DNA of 64,000 bases from Candidatus Micrarchaeota archaeon. GTDB taxonomy: Archaea; Micrarchaeota; Micrarchaeia; Anstonellales; JAHKLY01. Of this stretch, positions 19,588-28,556 are shown one piece after another. A program made the position numbers and the translations under genes. The first letter of the stretch is position 1, and every line of letters begins with the position of its first letter. The notes under the pieces are model-generated. The model was given only the letters and a program-made list of their open reading frames with translations. It did no database searches and was not told where the DNA came from. Location: positions 10,743 to 74,742 of the forward strand of contig JAHKLY010000006.1 in NCBI GenBank assembly GCA_020854825.1. Direction: 5' to 3'.

Positions 19588-21321
19588 ATGAAATTCAAAA
19601 CTCTGGCAGAATACTTTGATACAATTGAAAGTGCTTCGTCTAGATTAAAAATGACTGAGCTACTAGCAGAATTATTTGACAAATCAAATAAAGATGAAAT
19701 TGATAAAATTATTTATTTATGTCAAGGTTCTATTGCACCTAGATTTAAAGGAATTGATTTAGGAGTAGGCGAAAAATTTGTTATAAAAGCAATTGCATTA
19801 GCTACTGGACATGAACCAAAAGAAATTAATTCTAAATTTAAAAAATCTGGGGATTTAGGAGATATTGCGCAAGAATTATTAAAAAATAAAAAACAAAGTT
19901 CATTATCTTTTTCAGAATTAAGTGTAATAAAAGTTTTTGAAAACTTTATAAAATTAGCGAATGTAGGAGGAGAGGGAAGTCAAGATTCTAAAATAAAATT
20001 AATAGCAGAATTATTAAGTTCTGCTTCTCCTGTAGAAGCAAAATATATTGCGAGATTCCCTACAGGAAAATTAAGATTGGGGGTTGGTGATCCAACAATT
20101 TTAGATGCGTTATCTGTTTATGAAAAAGGATCAAAAGAAATGAGAGAAGAATTAGAAAGAGCATTTAATTTAACTTCGGATTTAGGTTTAATTGCAAAAA
20201 AACTATTTGAAAATCCTAAACAACTTTCTAAAATAACGCCCATTCCTTTTTCACCTATTAGACCTTCATTAGCAGAAAGAATGTCTTCTGCAGAAGATAT
20301 TTTCAAAAAATTAGGAAAATGTGTGATAGACTCAAAATACGATGGACTAAGAATGCAGATTCACAAAAAAGAAAATGAAATAGAAATCTATTCAAGAAAC
20401 CAAGAAGTATTAACTAAAATGTTTCCAGATATAGTTGAAGAAATAAAAAAATTAAAAGAAAAAGAACTTATTTTTGAAGGAGAAGCACTCGCATATGATG
20501 AAAAAAATGAAAAATATTTTTCATTTCAAGAAACAATAAGAAGAAAAAGAAAATATGATATTAAACAAATAAAAGAAGAATTACCAATTCAAGTATTTTT
20601 ATTTGATTTATTATTTTTAAATGGTAAAAATTATACTCAAGAACCATATATTAAAAGAAGAAAAACATTAGAAAAAATAATACCTAAAAAGAATAAAATG
20701 ATTAAACCTTCTAATATAACTACTGTTGAATCTCCAAAAGAAATTCATGAATTTTATGAAAAATGCATTGGAAAAGGATTAGAAGGAATCATTGCTAAAG
20801 ATTTAAATGCACCATATATTGCAGGTGCAAGAAAATTCTCATGGATTAAATTAAAAAAATCATATGGTAAAGTAGCAGATACATTTGACGTAGTTATAGT
20901 AGGCTATTATTTAGGTAAAGGACATAGAGCGCAATTTAATTTCGGCGGTTTACTAACAGCTGTTTATAATAAAGAAAAAGATAAATATGAAACAATTGCA
21001 CGTATAGGAAGCGGTTTTAGCGAAGAGGAAATGCGAACATTTGAAAAAGAACTTTCTAAAATAAAATTAAAAGAAAAACCAAAAGAATTAGATTCTGAAA
21101 TAAAACCTGATTTTTGGGTTTCATTAAAATATGTGATAACTGTAAGCGCTGATGAAATTTCATTGTCTCCTATGCATACATGCGCTAAAGATTCAAACCC
21201 AAACAGCAAAGGTTTTGCACTACGCTTTCCAAGAATGCTCCACATACGAGAAGATAAAGATCCTAAAGATGCAACTACTACTAAAGAAATAAAAGAAATG
21301 TACAGACTTCAGAAAAACTAA
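19588..21321 (+). CDS. lig: ATP-dependent DNA ligase (archaeal Lig)
   Basis: 577 aa. Adenylation motif I KYDGLRMQIHK (active-site Lys). Motif …EGIIAKD…, …WIKLKKSY…. C-terminal OB-fold region. Confidence 0.85.
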   Translation: MKFKTLAEYFDTIESASSRLKMTELLAELFDKSNKDEIDKIIYLCQGSIAPRFKGIDLGVGEKFVIKAIALATGHEPKEINSKFKKSGDLGDIAQELLKNKKQSSLSFSELSVIKVFENFIKLANVGGEGSQDSKIKLIAELLSSASPVEAKYIARFPTGKLRLGVGDPTILDALSVYEKGSKEMREELERAFNLTSDLGLIAKKLFENPKQLSKITPIPFSPIRPSLAERMSSAEDIFKKLGKCVIDSKYDGLRMQIHKKENEIEIYSRNQEVLTKMFPDIVEEIKKLKEKELIFEGEALAYDEKNEKYFSFQETIRRKRKYDIKQIKEELPIQVFLFDLLFLNGKNYTQEPYIKRRKTLEKIIPKKNKMIKPSNITTVESPKEIHEFYEKCIGKGLEGIIAKDLNAPYIAGARKFSWIKLKKSYGKVADTFDVVIVGYYLGKGHRAQFNFGGLLTAVYNKEKDKYETIARIGSGFSEEEMRTFEKELSKIKLKEKPKELDSEIKPDFWVSLKYVITVSADEISLSPMHTCAKDSNPNSKGFALRFPRMLHIREDKDPKDATTTKEIKEMYRLQKN

Positions 21322-21478
21322 ATTAATAAATAAAATGGAAGTTATAACTCACATTTTTTTAAATCCAGTACAAAATAAAAAGTAGTATTAAAAATATATG
21401 CGCCTTTAATATTTTAATAATTAAATGATTTTAACATTTGAATAAATCCAAAATTATCAAAAACCGGAGGTTTTTAAT

Positions 21479-21652
21479 ATGGCAATAAGTAGAAAAAGTT
21501 TTTCAACACCCTCAAGTACTGCAGGAATATTGGGAGTAGGTTCAGGTTCATCAGGAGGAATTAAAATGTCTCCTAAATTTGTATTAATTGCAGCAATTAT
21601 ATTCATAATAGTTGTATATGTTTTAACTATTATGTCACAATCAGCTGTTTAA
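21479..21652 (+). CDS. secG: Preprotein translocase Sec61-beta/SecG-like small membrane protein (about 57 aa; coordinates ±2 nt)
   Basis: Below the 60-aa track cutoff. MAISRKSFSTPSSTAGILGVGSGSSGGIKMSPKFVLIAAIIFIIVVYVLTIMSQSAV: conserved S/T-AG-h motif plus a single C-terminal TM, as in archaeal Sec61-beta. GGAGGT Shine-Dalgarno about 9 nt upstream. Confidence 0.5.
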   Translation: MAISRKSFSTPSSTAGILGVGSGSSGGIKMSPKFVLIAAIIFIIVVYVLTIMSQSAV

Positions 21653-21749
21653 TTTTTAAAACTTTGATATTTATTATTTTTTAATTTCTTTTTTTGATTT
21701 TTGCATTCTCTAATTTTTAATTTTATGAATGTTTATCCCTAAGTTTAAA

Positions 21750-22676
21750 CTAGATCTTTTTATTATCTTTTAAATATTCAAAAACTTTAAAACCAGTTAA
21801 TGCGCCTTTTCCAGCAGCATAAATTGCCTGAGACCAAGTACCAGTTATATCTCCTGCTGCAAAAATACCAGAAATGTTTGTCATTTGATCTTCATCTACT
21901 TTAATAAAATTATTTTTATCCAACTCAATTCCTAAACCTTCAGCTAATTGAGATGATGGAACAGTTCCAATATTAATGAAGATTCCATCTATTTCTATTT
22001 CTTTAATTTCATCATTTTTTCTATTTTTGATCTTTATTTTTTCAACTTTATCTTTTCCTAAAATTTCTAAAACTGATGTATTATTATGTAATTCAATATT
22101 GTCTTTTGTTTTTACATCATCAATTATTGTATTTGTTGCAATAAATTCTTCTGCAAAATCAAATAAATATACTTTTTTACATATGTCTGTTAAAACTTGT
22201 GCAGATCTAAAAGCTGAATCTCCCCCGCCGATTATTGCAACTGTTTTATCTTTAAATAATGGCGCATCACACGTAGCACAATATGCAACTCCTTTTCCTA
22301 ATAATTCTTCTTCACCAGGAACATTTAAATGCCTATAAACACTTCCGGTTGTTATAATAACTGATTTTGCTTTTATTGAAAAATCATTATTCCTTAATAA
22401 AAATCCTTCTTCTATTTTATCAATGTCTGTTATCTCCTGCATTTCAAGTTTTACATTTAACTTATCTAATTGTTCTTGTAATTTAATTCCTAACTGAATT
22501 CCTGGCGCTGGATCAAACCCAGGATAATTTTCTAAAAAAGGAGCATTATTTATTAATCCTCCAATTAAACCTTTTTCTAAAATAATTGTTTTTAAATCTT
22601 GTCTTGAAGTATAAATAGCTGCTGAAGCTCCTGCTGGTCCCCCACCTATTATTGCTACATCATAAAGTTCTGTCAT
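21750..22676 (-). CDS. trxB: Thioredoxin-disulfide reductase
   Basis: YDVAIIGGGPAGASAAIY FAD motif. Redox-active CATC. IIGGGDSAF NADPH motif. FAAGDITG C-terminal FAD motif. Confidence 0.8.
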   Translation of the reverse strand: MTELYDVAIIGGGPAGASAAIYTSRQDLKTIILEKGLIGGLINNAPFLENYPGFDPAPGIQLGIKLQEQLDKLNVKLEMQEITDIDKIEEGFLLRNNDFSIKAKSVIITTGSVYRHLNVPGEEELLGKGVAYCATCDAPLFKDKTVAIIGGGDSAFRSAQVLTDICKKVYLFDFAEEFIATNTIIDDVKTKDNIELHNNTSVLEILGKDKVEKIKIKNRKNDEIKEIEIDGIFINIGTVPSSQLAEGLGIELDKNNFIKVDEDQMTNISGIFAAGDITGTWSQAIYAAGKGALTGFKVFEYLKDNKKI

Positions 22677-22685
22677 TTAAATCAC

Positions 22686-24116
22686 CTACTTAAATATCCA
22701 AGGTACAAAATTGGAAATAAATCCAATTATTGTTATATACATTATACATTTAACTAATACTTTATGTTTAAGATTAATTCTTAAAATATGATATCCATCT
22801 AAAATTGGTAATGGAATTAAATTTATTACGCCAACAAAGAAATTCAATATTAAAATTAAAGCTAATGTTGTATAAACAAATGATAACCATTCAAACCCTT
22901 GTTTGAATTTTAATAAAGCTGAAAAACCTTGTTTTGATGCATATGAATATAAGAAACCTATCTTACCTTCTTCATTTGCAATTTTTGTAAATTCTCCTTG
23001 ATCAGTTATGATATGTGCTGTTTCTCCTTTTGTTAAATTTAAATTTGAAATATCTGTTTCTCCATTTACTGAAATTATTTCTGCATTAATAGGTAATGCG
23101 TCTCCTCCTACTACAAAATATCCTTCTTCTCTTACATTTGCAGTTACAAATAAAAATAAAATCAAAATAAGAAAAGTTATAAACATAGTAAATATATTTG
23201 CTGTTGAACCTGCAACCATAACTCTTGTTTGCTCAATATCTTTTCTTTTATTTAAATCTTTTTCATCTGGATCAATAAATGCACCCATAGGAATAAATCC
23301 AAATAATGCAATTCCTCCAGAGTCTAATTTAACTGCGGGTTTACATAATCTTGATAAAAATCCATGTGAAGCTTCGTGAACTAATAATAAAATAATTAAT
23401 GCTAAAATTCCTTCAAATAAAGGAAGATTTATACCGGGTAATAACAAAGTACCACTTGGTTCAATTGGAACTACTTCATTTATACCTAATATTATTGAAA
23501 TTAAATTTATTATTACAATTCCTGCATATAAAACTAATGAAGCTACTAAGAAAAATGAAAACCCCCCTAAAACTAAAATAGCCATTAATATTATTTGTGT
23601 AAATTCAAAACTTTGAACTCCTGCTAAACTTTGTGATGCACCGGCCATATCTATATTAGAAATTATTGAAACTGCTAATGGTGCTATTAATGGAATAATA
23701 AAAAGTAATGTTACTAACATTAAACAAAAACCTAAAAGTAATGCAGTTACACAATGTTTTAAACTTTCTTTTGAATTTTTAATAAGAAAATAAAAACCTA
23801 ATAATCCAAATCCCCAAATTAAACCAATATCTGCAAACATTTTCCAAAAATTAGGAAATTTATTTGCAATCTTATCTATTAATTCCAAACCTTTTTTTGT
23901 CCTAATTAATAAAATTCCATAACCTCCATCTAATTTGTATAGGTTTTGTAAAATAAATCCAGTTATTCCTAATTGTAAAACTATTATCCCGAATTTTAAA
24001 ACTATTGGGCCTTCCATTTCAAAATTTAATAAAAATAAAAATAAAACAATTGATACTGCTATTACCAAGAAAGCTAGTGTATTCTTAACCTTTTTATTTT
24101 TAATAGAAAAATTCAT
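22686..24116 (-). CDS. Site-2 protease / M50-family intramembrane zinc metalloprotease (multi-TM, with PDZ-like insert)
   Basis: HEASHGF (HExxH) inside a TM segment and downstream NLIPLPILDGYHIL (LDG motif). Numerous TM helices. Confidence 0.7.
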   Translation of the reverse strand: MNFSIKNKKVKNTLAFLVIAVSIVLFLFLLNFEMEGPIVLKFGIIVLQLGITGFILQNLYKLDGGYGILLIRTKKGLELIDKIANKFPNFWKMFADIGLIWGFGLLGFYFLIKNSKESLKHCVTALLLGFCLMLVTLLFIIPLIAPLAVSIISNIDMAGASQSLAGVQSFEFTQIILMAILVLGGFSFFLVASLVLYAGIVIINLISIILGINEVVPIEPSGTLLLPGINLPLFEGILALIILLLVHEASHGFLSRLCKPAVKLDSGGIALFGFIPMGAFIDPDEKDLNKRKDIEQTRVMVAGSTANIFTMFITFLILILFLFVTANVREEGYFVVGGDALPINAEIISVNGETDISNLNLTKGETAHIITDQGEFTKIANEEGKIGFLYSYASKQGFSALLKFKQGFEWLSFVYTTLALILILNFFVGVINLIPLPILDGYHILRINLKHKVLVKCIMYITIIGFISNFVPWIFK

Positions 24117-24168
24117 AGAAATTTTTAAGATAACAAATATTAAAAAGGTGTCTTATAATATCTATAAT

Positions 24169-24648
24169 ATGGAAGAATGCGAAGTATGTGGAAAACATGA
24201 AGCAGAGTATATTGCTTCTATTGAAGGCGCTAAACTAAACGTATGCGGAAAATGCGCAAGAATGGGAACAATCATTAGTAGTTTATACGATGAACAAAGA
24301 AAAGAAGAAATAAGAGAACAAAGAGCTGAAAGACAATCAAAAAGTATTTTAACTACTGATAAAGAACTAATAGAAACTTTTCATAAAAAAATACAGAATC
24401 GTTTAAGAGAAATAGGAATTTCATATCATGTTCTAGCAGAGAGATTAAATGAAAAAGAATCATATATTGAAAGAATTGTACAAGGTAAAACCAGACCTGA
24501 AGAAAAAACAGCACATAAAATAGAAAAAGAACTGAATATTGAATTATTTGAAGAATCAAGCGCACCAATAGGTGGAACTGTTTTTCAAAAAGAACACAAA
24601 GAAATGACATTAGGAGATGTTATTGAAATAGAAAGAAAGAAGAAATAG
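24169..24648 (+). CDS. mbf1: Archaeal multiprotein bridging factor 1 (aMBF1): N-terminal Zn ribbon + C-terminal XRE-type HTH
   Basis: MEECEVCGKHEAEYIASIEGAKLNVCGKCARMG Zn ribbon. …REIGISYHVLAERLNEKESYIERIVQGKTRPEEKTAHKIEKEL HTH. Start moved to internal ATG with upstream AAGGTG. Confidence 0.7.
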   Translation: MEECEVCGKHEAEYIASIEGAKLNVCGKCARMGTIISSLYDEQRKEEIREQRAERQSKSILTTDKELIETFHKKIQNRLREIGISYHVLAERLNEKESYIERIVQGKTRPEEKTAHKIEKELNIELFEESSAPIGGTVFQKEHKEMTLGDVIEIERKKK

Positions 24649-24658
24649 GTGAAACTTT

Positions 24659-25693
24659 TTGGGTATTCAATTAAAAGATTTAATGATTAAAAAAGAAATA
24701 GATATGAACTACTTAGAAGGCAAAAAAGTTGCTGTTGATGCATATAATATTATGTATCAATTTTTATCATCAATAAGACAATATGATGGTACACCTTTAA
24801 TGGATTCAGATGGAAATATAACTTCGCATTTATCAGGATTATTTTATAGGAATATAAATTTATTAGAAGCAGGTATAAAACCTATTTTTGTTTTTGATGG
24901 TAAACCACCAGAATTTAAAGTAACAACTTTAGATGAAAGAAAAGAAAGAAAAGTAATTGCAAAAGAAAAAATGGAAAATGCATTAAAACATGGTTCATTT
25001 GAAGATGCAAGAAAATATGCACAACAAGTATCAAGATTAACAAAAGAAATGGTAGAAGAAGGAAAAGAATTATTAGAAGCTATGGGAATACCAGTTATTC
25101 AAGCTCCTTCAGAAGGTGAAGCTCAAGCATCATACTTAGCAAAAGAAAATATTGTTTATGGAGTTGTATCTCAAGATGCAGATTGTTTATTATTTGGAGC
25201 GCCAAATTTAATTAGAAATTTATCAGTAACCGGAAAAAGAAAAATACCTGGAAAAAATATTTATGTCCCAATTTCACCAGAAATAATTGAATTAAAACAA
25301 ATGTTAAAAGAATTAGAAATAACTAGAGAACAATTAATTTTAATGGGAATTTTAATTGGAACTGATTTTAACAATGGAATAAAAGGAGTAGGACCAAAAA
25401 CCGCTTTAAAAATTGTTAAAGATTATACAGATTTAGATAAAATAGTTAAATTAGTTGAAGAGAAATATGATTATGTTTTTGAAGAAGATCCATATAAAAT
25501 TTATGATTTTTTTATTAATCCTCCTTTGACAAAAGAATATGAAATAAAATTTAAATCCCCAAATAAAGAAAAATTAATTGAAATTTTAAATGAAAAACAT
25601 GATTTTGAAGAAGATAGAATAGAAAACGCATTAGCAAAATTATCTAAAAACATTGAAACAAAAGCTAAACAAAAAGGGTTATTTGAATTTTAA
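24659..25693 (+). CDS. fen: Flap endonuclease 1 (FEN-1)
   Basis: …KKVAVDAYNIMYQFL…DGTPLMDSDGNITSHLSGLFYR…IKPIFVFDGKPPEFK… N-domain. …GTDFNNGIKGVGPKTALKIV… H3TH. C-terminal PIP-like QKGLFEF. Confidence 0.85.
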   Translation: MGIQLKDLMIKKEIDMNYLEGKKVAVDAYNIMYQFLSSIRQYDGTPLMDSDGNITSHLSGLFYRNINLLEAGIKPIFVFDGKPPEFKVTTLDERKERKVIAKEKMENALKHGSFEDARKYAQQVSRLTKEMVEEGKELLEAMGIPVIQAPSEGEAQASYLAKENIVYGVVSQDADCLLFGAPNLIRNLSVTGKRKIPGKNIYVPISPEIIELKQMLKELEITREQLILMGILIGTDFNNGIKGVGPKTALKIVKDYTDLDKIVKLVEEKYDYVFEEDPYKIYDFFINPPLTKEYEIKFKSPNKEKLIEILNEKHDFEEDRIENALAKLSKNIETKAKQKGLFEF

Positions 25694-26047
25694 TGAACTT
25701 CATGTGAAGCTTCGTTTTTCATACTTCCAACTATTGATTCCTATCCTCTTTCAGAAGAAGTTAAGTTAATTCCAGTCATTTCTCTAGCAGAATTTAATGT
25801 ATTATCTGCAATAAGACCATCGCTTTACATTTATTTAATAAAACTCTTTTACATAATTTATACCATTTAACAATTCCAATATTTAAAATTATTTTAGCGT
25901 GTTAAAAAGTAGATACCAAGAATTATTATGCCAATAAGTATAATCCCAACTAGTATTTTATCAAACATATACTAATTTTTAGAACTTAAAATTTATAAAT
26001 CTAATTAAACTATATACATAGTTTTTTAAAGGTAAAACAGTTAAAAT

Positions 26048-26332
26048 ATGTATATGACAACTATATTTAAAGGTGCATCAAGAGAAAGCAGGATGATAGT
26101 ATTAGAAAGTTGGGCACAGTTTGGAAAAAAATCTGAAGCAATATCTGCGTTAAAAGAATTAGAAAAATTACAAGTAGATGATTCTGTATTTAAAAGACTT
26201 CAACAAAAAGCGAAACTAAAAGAAGTAAGAGAATTTGCAGGGGATATATTATTCAAAAGATTAAAAAATAACATTAGAAACAGAGTAGGTGTAGATTTAA
26301 TAAAAGCAAAAGATTTAATTGAAAAAAAATAA
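26048..26332 (+). CDS. Hypothetical small helical protein (94 aa) upstream of L14e
   Basis: ORF with native-like composition directly upstream of rpl14e-cbf5. No family recognised. Confidence 0.3.
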   Translation: MYMTTIFKGASRESRMIVLESWAQFGKKSEAISALKELEKLQVDDSVFKRLQQKAKLKEVREFAGDILFKRLKNNIRNRVGVDLIKAKDLIEKK

Positions 26333-26415
26333 GCAAACCCTTAAAAAGATTATTTAATGAAAACATAATACTTATTTAATATATTTAAATATTTATAACT
26401 CGGAGTGTGAGAACT

Positions 26416-26592
26416 ATGGCAGCAATTGAAAAAGGCAGAGTATGCGTTAAAAAAAGAGGGCGCGATGCAGGCGAAGAATGTGTTATTACTAAAGTTATTG
26501 ATGACAATTACGTTGAAATAGAAAATAAATCAAGAAAAAAAGCAAGAAAATGCGCCATAAAACATTTAGAGCCTTTACCACGAAAAGCTTAA
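26416..26592 (+). CDS. rpl14e: 50S ribosomal protein L14e (KOW-type)
   Basis: MAAIEKGRVCVKKRGRDAGEECVITKVIDDNYVEIENKSRKKARKCAIKHLEPL matches L14e (…IEVGRVC…GREAGKKCVI…KHLEP…). Confidence 0.8.
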   Translation: MAAIEKGRVCVKKRGRDAGEECVITKVIDDNYVEIENKSRKKARKCAIKHLEPLPRKA

Positions 26593-26637
26593 TTTCATAA
26601 GCAATTCCTTATATTCTTTTTCTTTATACTCTTATAT

Positions 26638-27537
26638 ATGTCTAAAATTAAAGAACTAATAAATAATGGCATTATCATAATAGATAAACCTAAACAAATT
26701 TCATCACATGATACTTCTGAAAAAGTTAAAAACATACTTGCAGGACTAGGTGCTGAAAAAGCAGGACATTCAGGAACATTAGATCCTTGTGTCACAGGAG
26801 TTTTAGTAATTGCATTAAATAATGCAACCCCTTTGTTAAATTATTTAATTAAAAAAGATAAAGTTTATGAAGGATATTTACGTTTTTCTGAAAATATTTC
26901 AAAGAAAAAGGCACAAGAAATTTTCAATAACTTTTTAGGTGAGATAGAACAAATGCCCCCTAGAAAATGTGCTGTAAAAAGACAAACAAGAAAAAAATAT
27001 ATTTATTCATTTAAAGCTGTTAAAAAAATAAAAACAGAAACTGATAAAGCAGATATTTATTTTAAAATAAAATGTGAAGCAGGAACATATATCAGATCAA
27101 TTGCTAGAGATATTTCAGATAAACATTCTACATGCAGATTAATGACATTAAGAAGAACAGCTGTTGGAAATATAAAAGAAAACAAAGCATTTACATTAGA
27201 TGAATTAAAAGAAGCATATTTTGATGAATATAAGAAAAAAGGAAATGAAAAACCTTTGCGCAAAATAATTAAACCTGTTGAGTATTATGTAAAAAAAGAA
27301 ATGCCAATAATTATTGTTGATAAAAATGCAGTTACTCCTTTAATGACTGGACATGTTTTGTACATTCCAGGAATAATAAAAATAGAAGGCGCATTCAAAA
27401 AAGGAGAAGCAGTAGCGCTTTTCACTGAAAACAATAAACTAATTGAGATTGCTGAAGCGCTTGAAGATTCTGAAACAATTAAAAAACTAAAAAAAGGAAT
27501 AGCAACAAAACCCATTAGAGTAATTATGAAAAAATAA
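26638..27537 (+). CDS. cbf5: H/ACA RNP pseudouridine synthase Cbf5 (TruB family + PUA domain)
   Basis: …IIIDKPKQISSHDTSEKVKNILAGLGAEKAGHSGTLDPCVTGVLVIALNNATP… TruB catalytic motif (Asp in GTLDP). C-terminal PUA-like region. Conserved position after rpl14e. Confidence 0.85.
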   Translation: MSKIKELINNGIIIIDKPKQISSHDTSEKVKNILAGLGAEKAGHSGTLDPCVTGVLVIALNNATPLLNYLIKKDKVYEGYLRFSENISKKKAQEIFNNFLGEIEQMPPRKCAVKRQTRKKYIYSFKAVKKIKTETDKADIYFKIKCEAGTYIRSIARDISDKHSTCRLMTLRRTAVGNIKENKAFTLDELKEAYFDEYKKKGNEKPLRKIIKPVEYYVKKEMPIIIVDKNAVTPLMTGHVLYIPGIIKIEGAFKKGEAVALFTENNKLIEIAEALEDSETIKKLKKGIATKPIRVIMKK

Positions 27538-27796
27538 AAGTTAAACAAACTCCCAAATTTTATCTTTATCATTGTCCCAAAGTTCTCGCATCTTTTGTTT
27601 TTGAATACTAAATACAAAATATCGTAAATTTACATCTTCTTGATTATCTCTATTTATATTATTCACCCTAAAAGTTAGTTTTTTCTTTCATTTTTTACCT
27701 TCGGTAAAAATCTGTCCAAAATTTTTAATTTTGAACATCTTTTTCTTTTTGGTTGAGCTTTTTATTTTTCTTTTTTAAAGAAAAAGAAAAAGGTCA

Positions 27797-28114
27797 TTAG
27801 CCAAAGAGAGATCCAAAACCAGATTGTGCTGCGCTTTCAGCTTCTTCTACTTTCTTTATAATCTCTTGCGCTTTATCTTCTTTAGCTTCTTCGCAAACAT
27901 CTTTTAATTTTTCAAGAATAAATTTTTCTTCTTTATCATCAAAATAATTAATTAACACAACTGTCTTTTTTTCCAAATCAAATTCTGAACCATCTTTGAG
28001 AGTAAATCCTAATTTAGAAAAATTAATTACTCCATATGGATCATCTTCTAAAATTGCCTTAAGCTCCGCTTTCTTTGCATTATCGCATATCAAAACTTTT
28101 TTCATTGAAACCAC
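27797..28114 (-). CDS. Small protein (105 aa) with alpha/beta N-domain and ribosomal P-stalk-like C-terminal tail (…EEAESAAQSGFGSLFG)
   Basis: C-terminus EEAESAAQSGFGSLFG parallels the aP1 tail AAAGLAGLFG in this window. N-domain MKKVLICDNAKKAELKAILEDDPYGVINFSKLGFTL… is not P1-like; loosely EF-1beta-like beta-alpha-beta pattern. Confidence 0.5.
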   Translation of the reverse strand: MVSMKKVLICDNAKKAELKAILEDDPYGVINFSKLGFTLKDGSEFDLEKKTVVLINYFDDKEEKFILEKLKDVCEEAKEDKAQEIIKKVEEAESAAQSGFGSLFG

Positions 28115-28122
28115 CTAGCAGG

Positions 28123-28371
28123 TTATTCTTTTGCTCCGCCGATCGCAATCAAAAATCCAATTACTATTATTATAAATGGCCCTGCAATCTCAAATCCAGT
28201 TATATTAAAATAACCCATTGAGCTAAAAAGCCATATTAAACCAACGGCGATTGTAAAGAATCCGCCCAAAATTACATCTTTTTTAAGCAATTCATTTCCT
28301 TTAAAATAATTCCTTTGGGGAACTACTTTCTTTGTTGTTTTTGTTGTTTTTCTTTTTTTTCTTGTTACCAT
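28123..28371 (-). CDS. Small basic membrane protein (2 TM), hypothetical; start moved to M40
   Basis: MVTRKKRKTTKTTKKVV… then two hydrophobic helices (GGFFTIAVGLIWLF…, AGPFIIIVIGFLIAIGG). Same strand as, and just upstream of, the stalk-tail ORF. Confidence 0.35.
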   Translation of the reverse strand: MVTRKKRKTTKTTKKVVPQRNYFKGNELLKKDVILGGFFTIAVGLIWLFSSMGYFNITGFEIAGPFIIIVIGFLIAIGGAKE

Positions 28372-28455
28372 AAAAAATCTTTTTTGATTAATATTTAAAT
28401 ACCTTTGCCTACATTTTAAATACACCAAACAAAAAATAGTTTGCATAACAGAAAG

Positions 28456-28484
28456 ATATTTAAATGGTTGGGTATATATATTTT
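28456..28484 (+). promoter_or_regulatory. Candidate TATA/BRE promoter for the ribosomal-protein super-operon
   Basis: atatTTAAATggttgggTATATATAtttt about 130 nt upstream of the L3 start. Archaeal TATA consensus TTTAWATA. Confidence 0.3.
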
Positions 28485-28534
28485 GCACTTCTCCTTGTTT
28501 TAAAGACAGGGAGTGACACTCAACTCTGAGTATT

Positions 28535-28556
28535 ACTTCTGAAAAAAGAAGTTTTA
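28535..28556 (+). promoter_or_regulatory. Leader hairpin followed by U-tract (ACTTCT-gaaaaa-AGAAGT-TTTT) about 60 nt upstream of rpl3; possible attenuator/leader structure
   Basis: Perfect 6-bp stem with 6-nt loop followed by TTTT, inside the 5' leader of the L3 operon. Confidence 0.25.

Noticed and set aside
23935-24168. N-terminal 78 codons of the track ORF 23935-24648
   Set aside because: They overlap the S2P gene on the opposite strand and are low-complexity. The real aMBF1 start is the internal ATG at 24169, preceded by AAGGTG and beginning with the Zn-ribbon MEECEVCG.
23339-25721. 15-nt identical word catgtgaagcttcgt at about 23350 (inside the S2P HExxH codons) and about 25699 (just after fen)
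   Set aside because: A single 15-mer coincidence is expected by chance in a 64-kb AT-biased window on two strands. No extended similarity around it, so not a repeat or mobile-element boundary.
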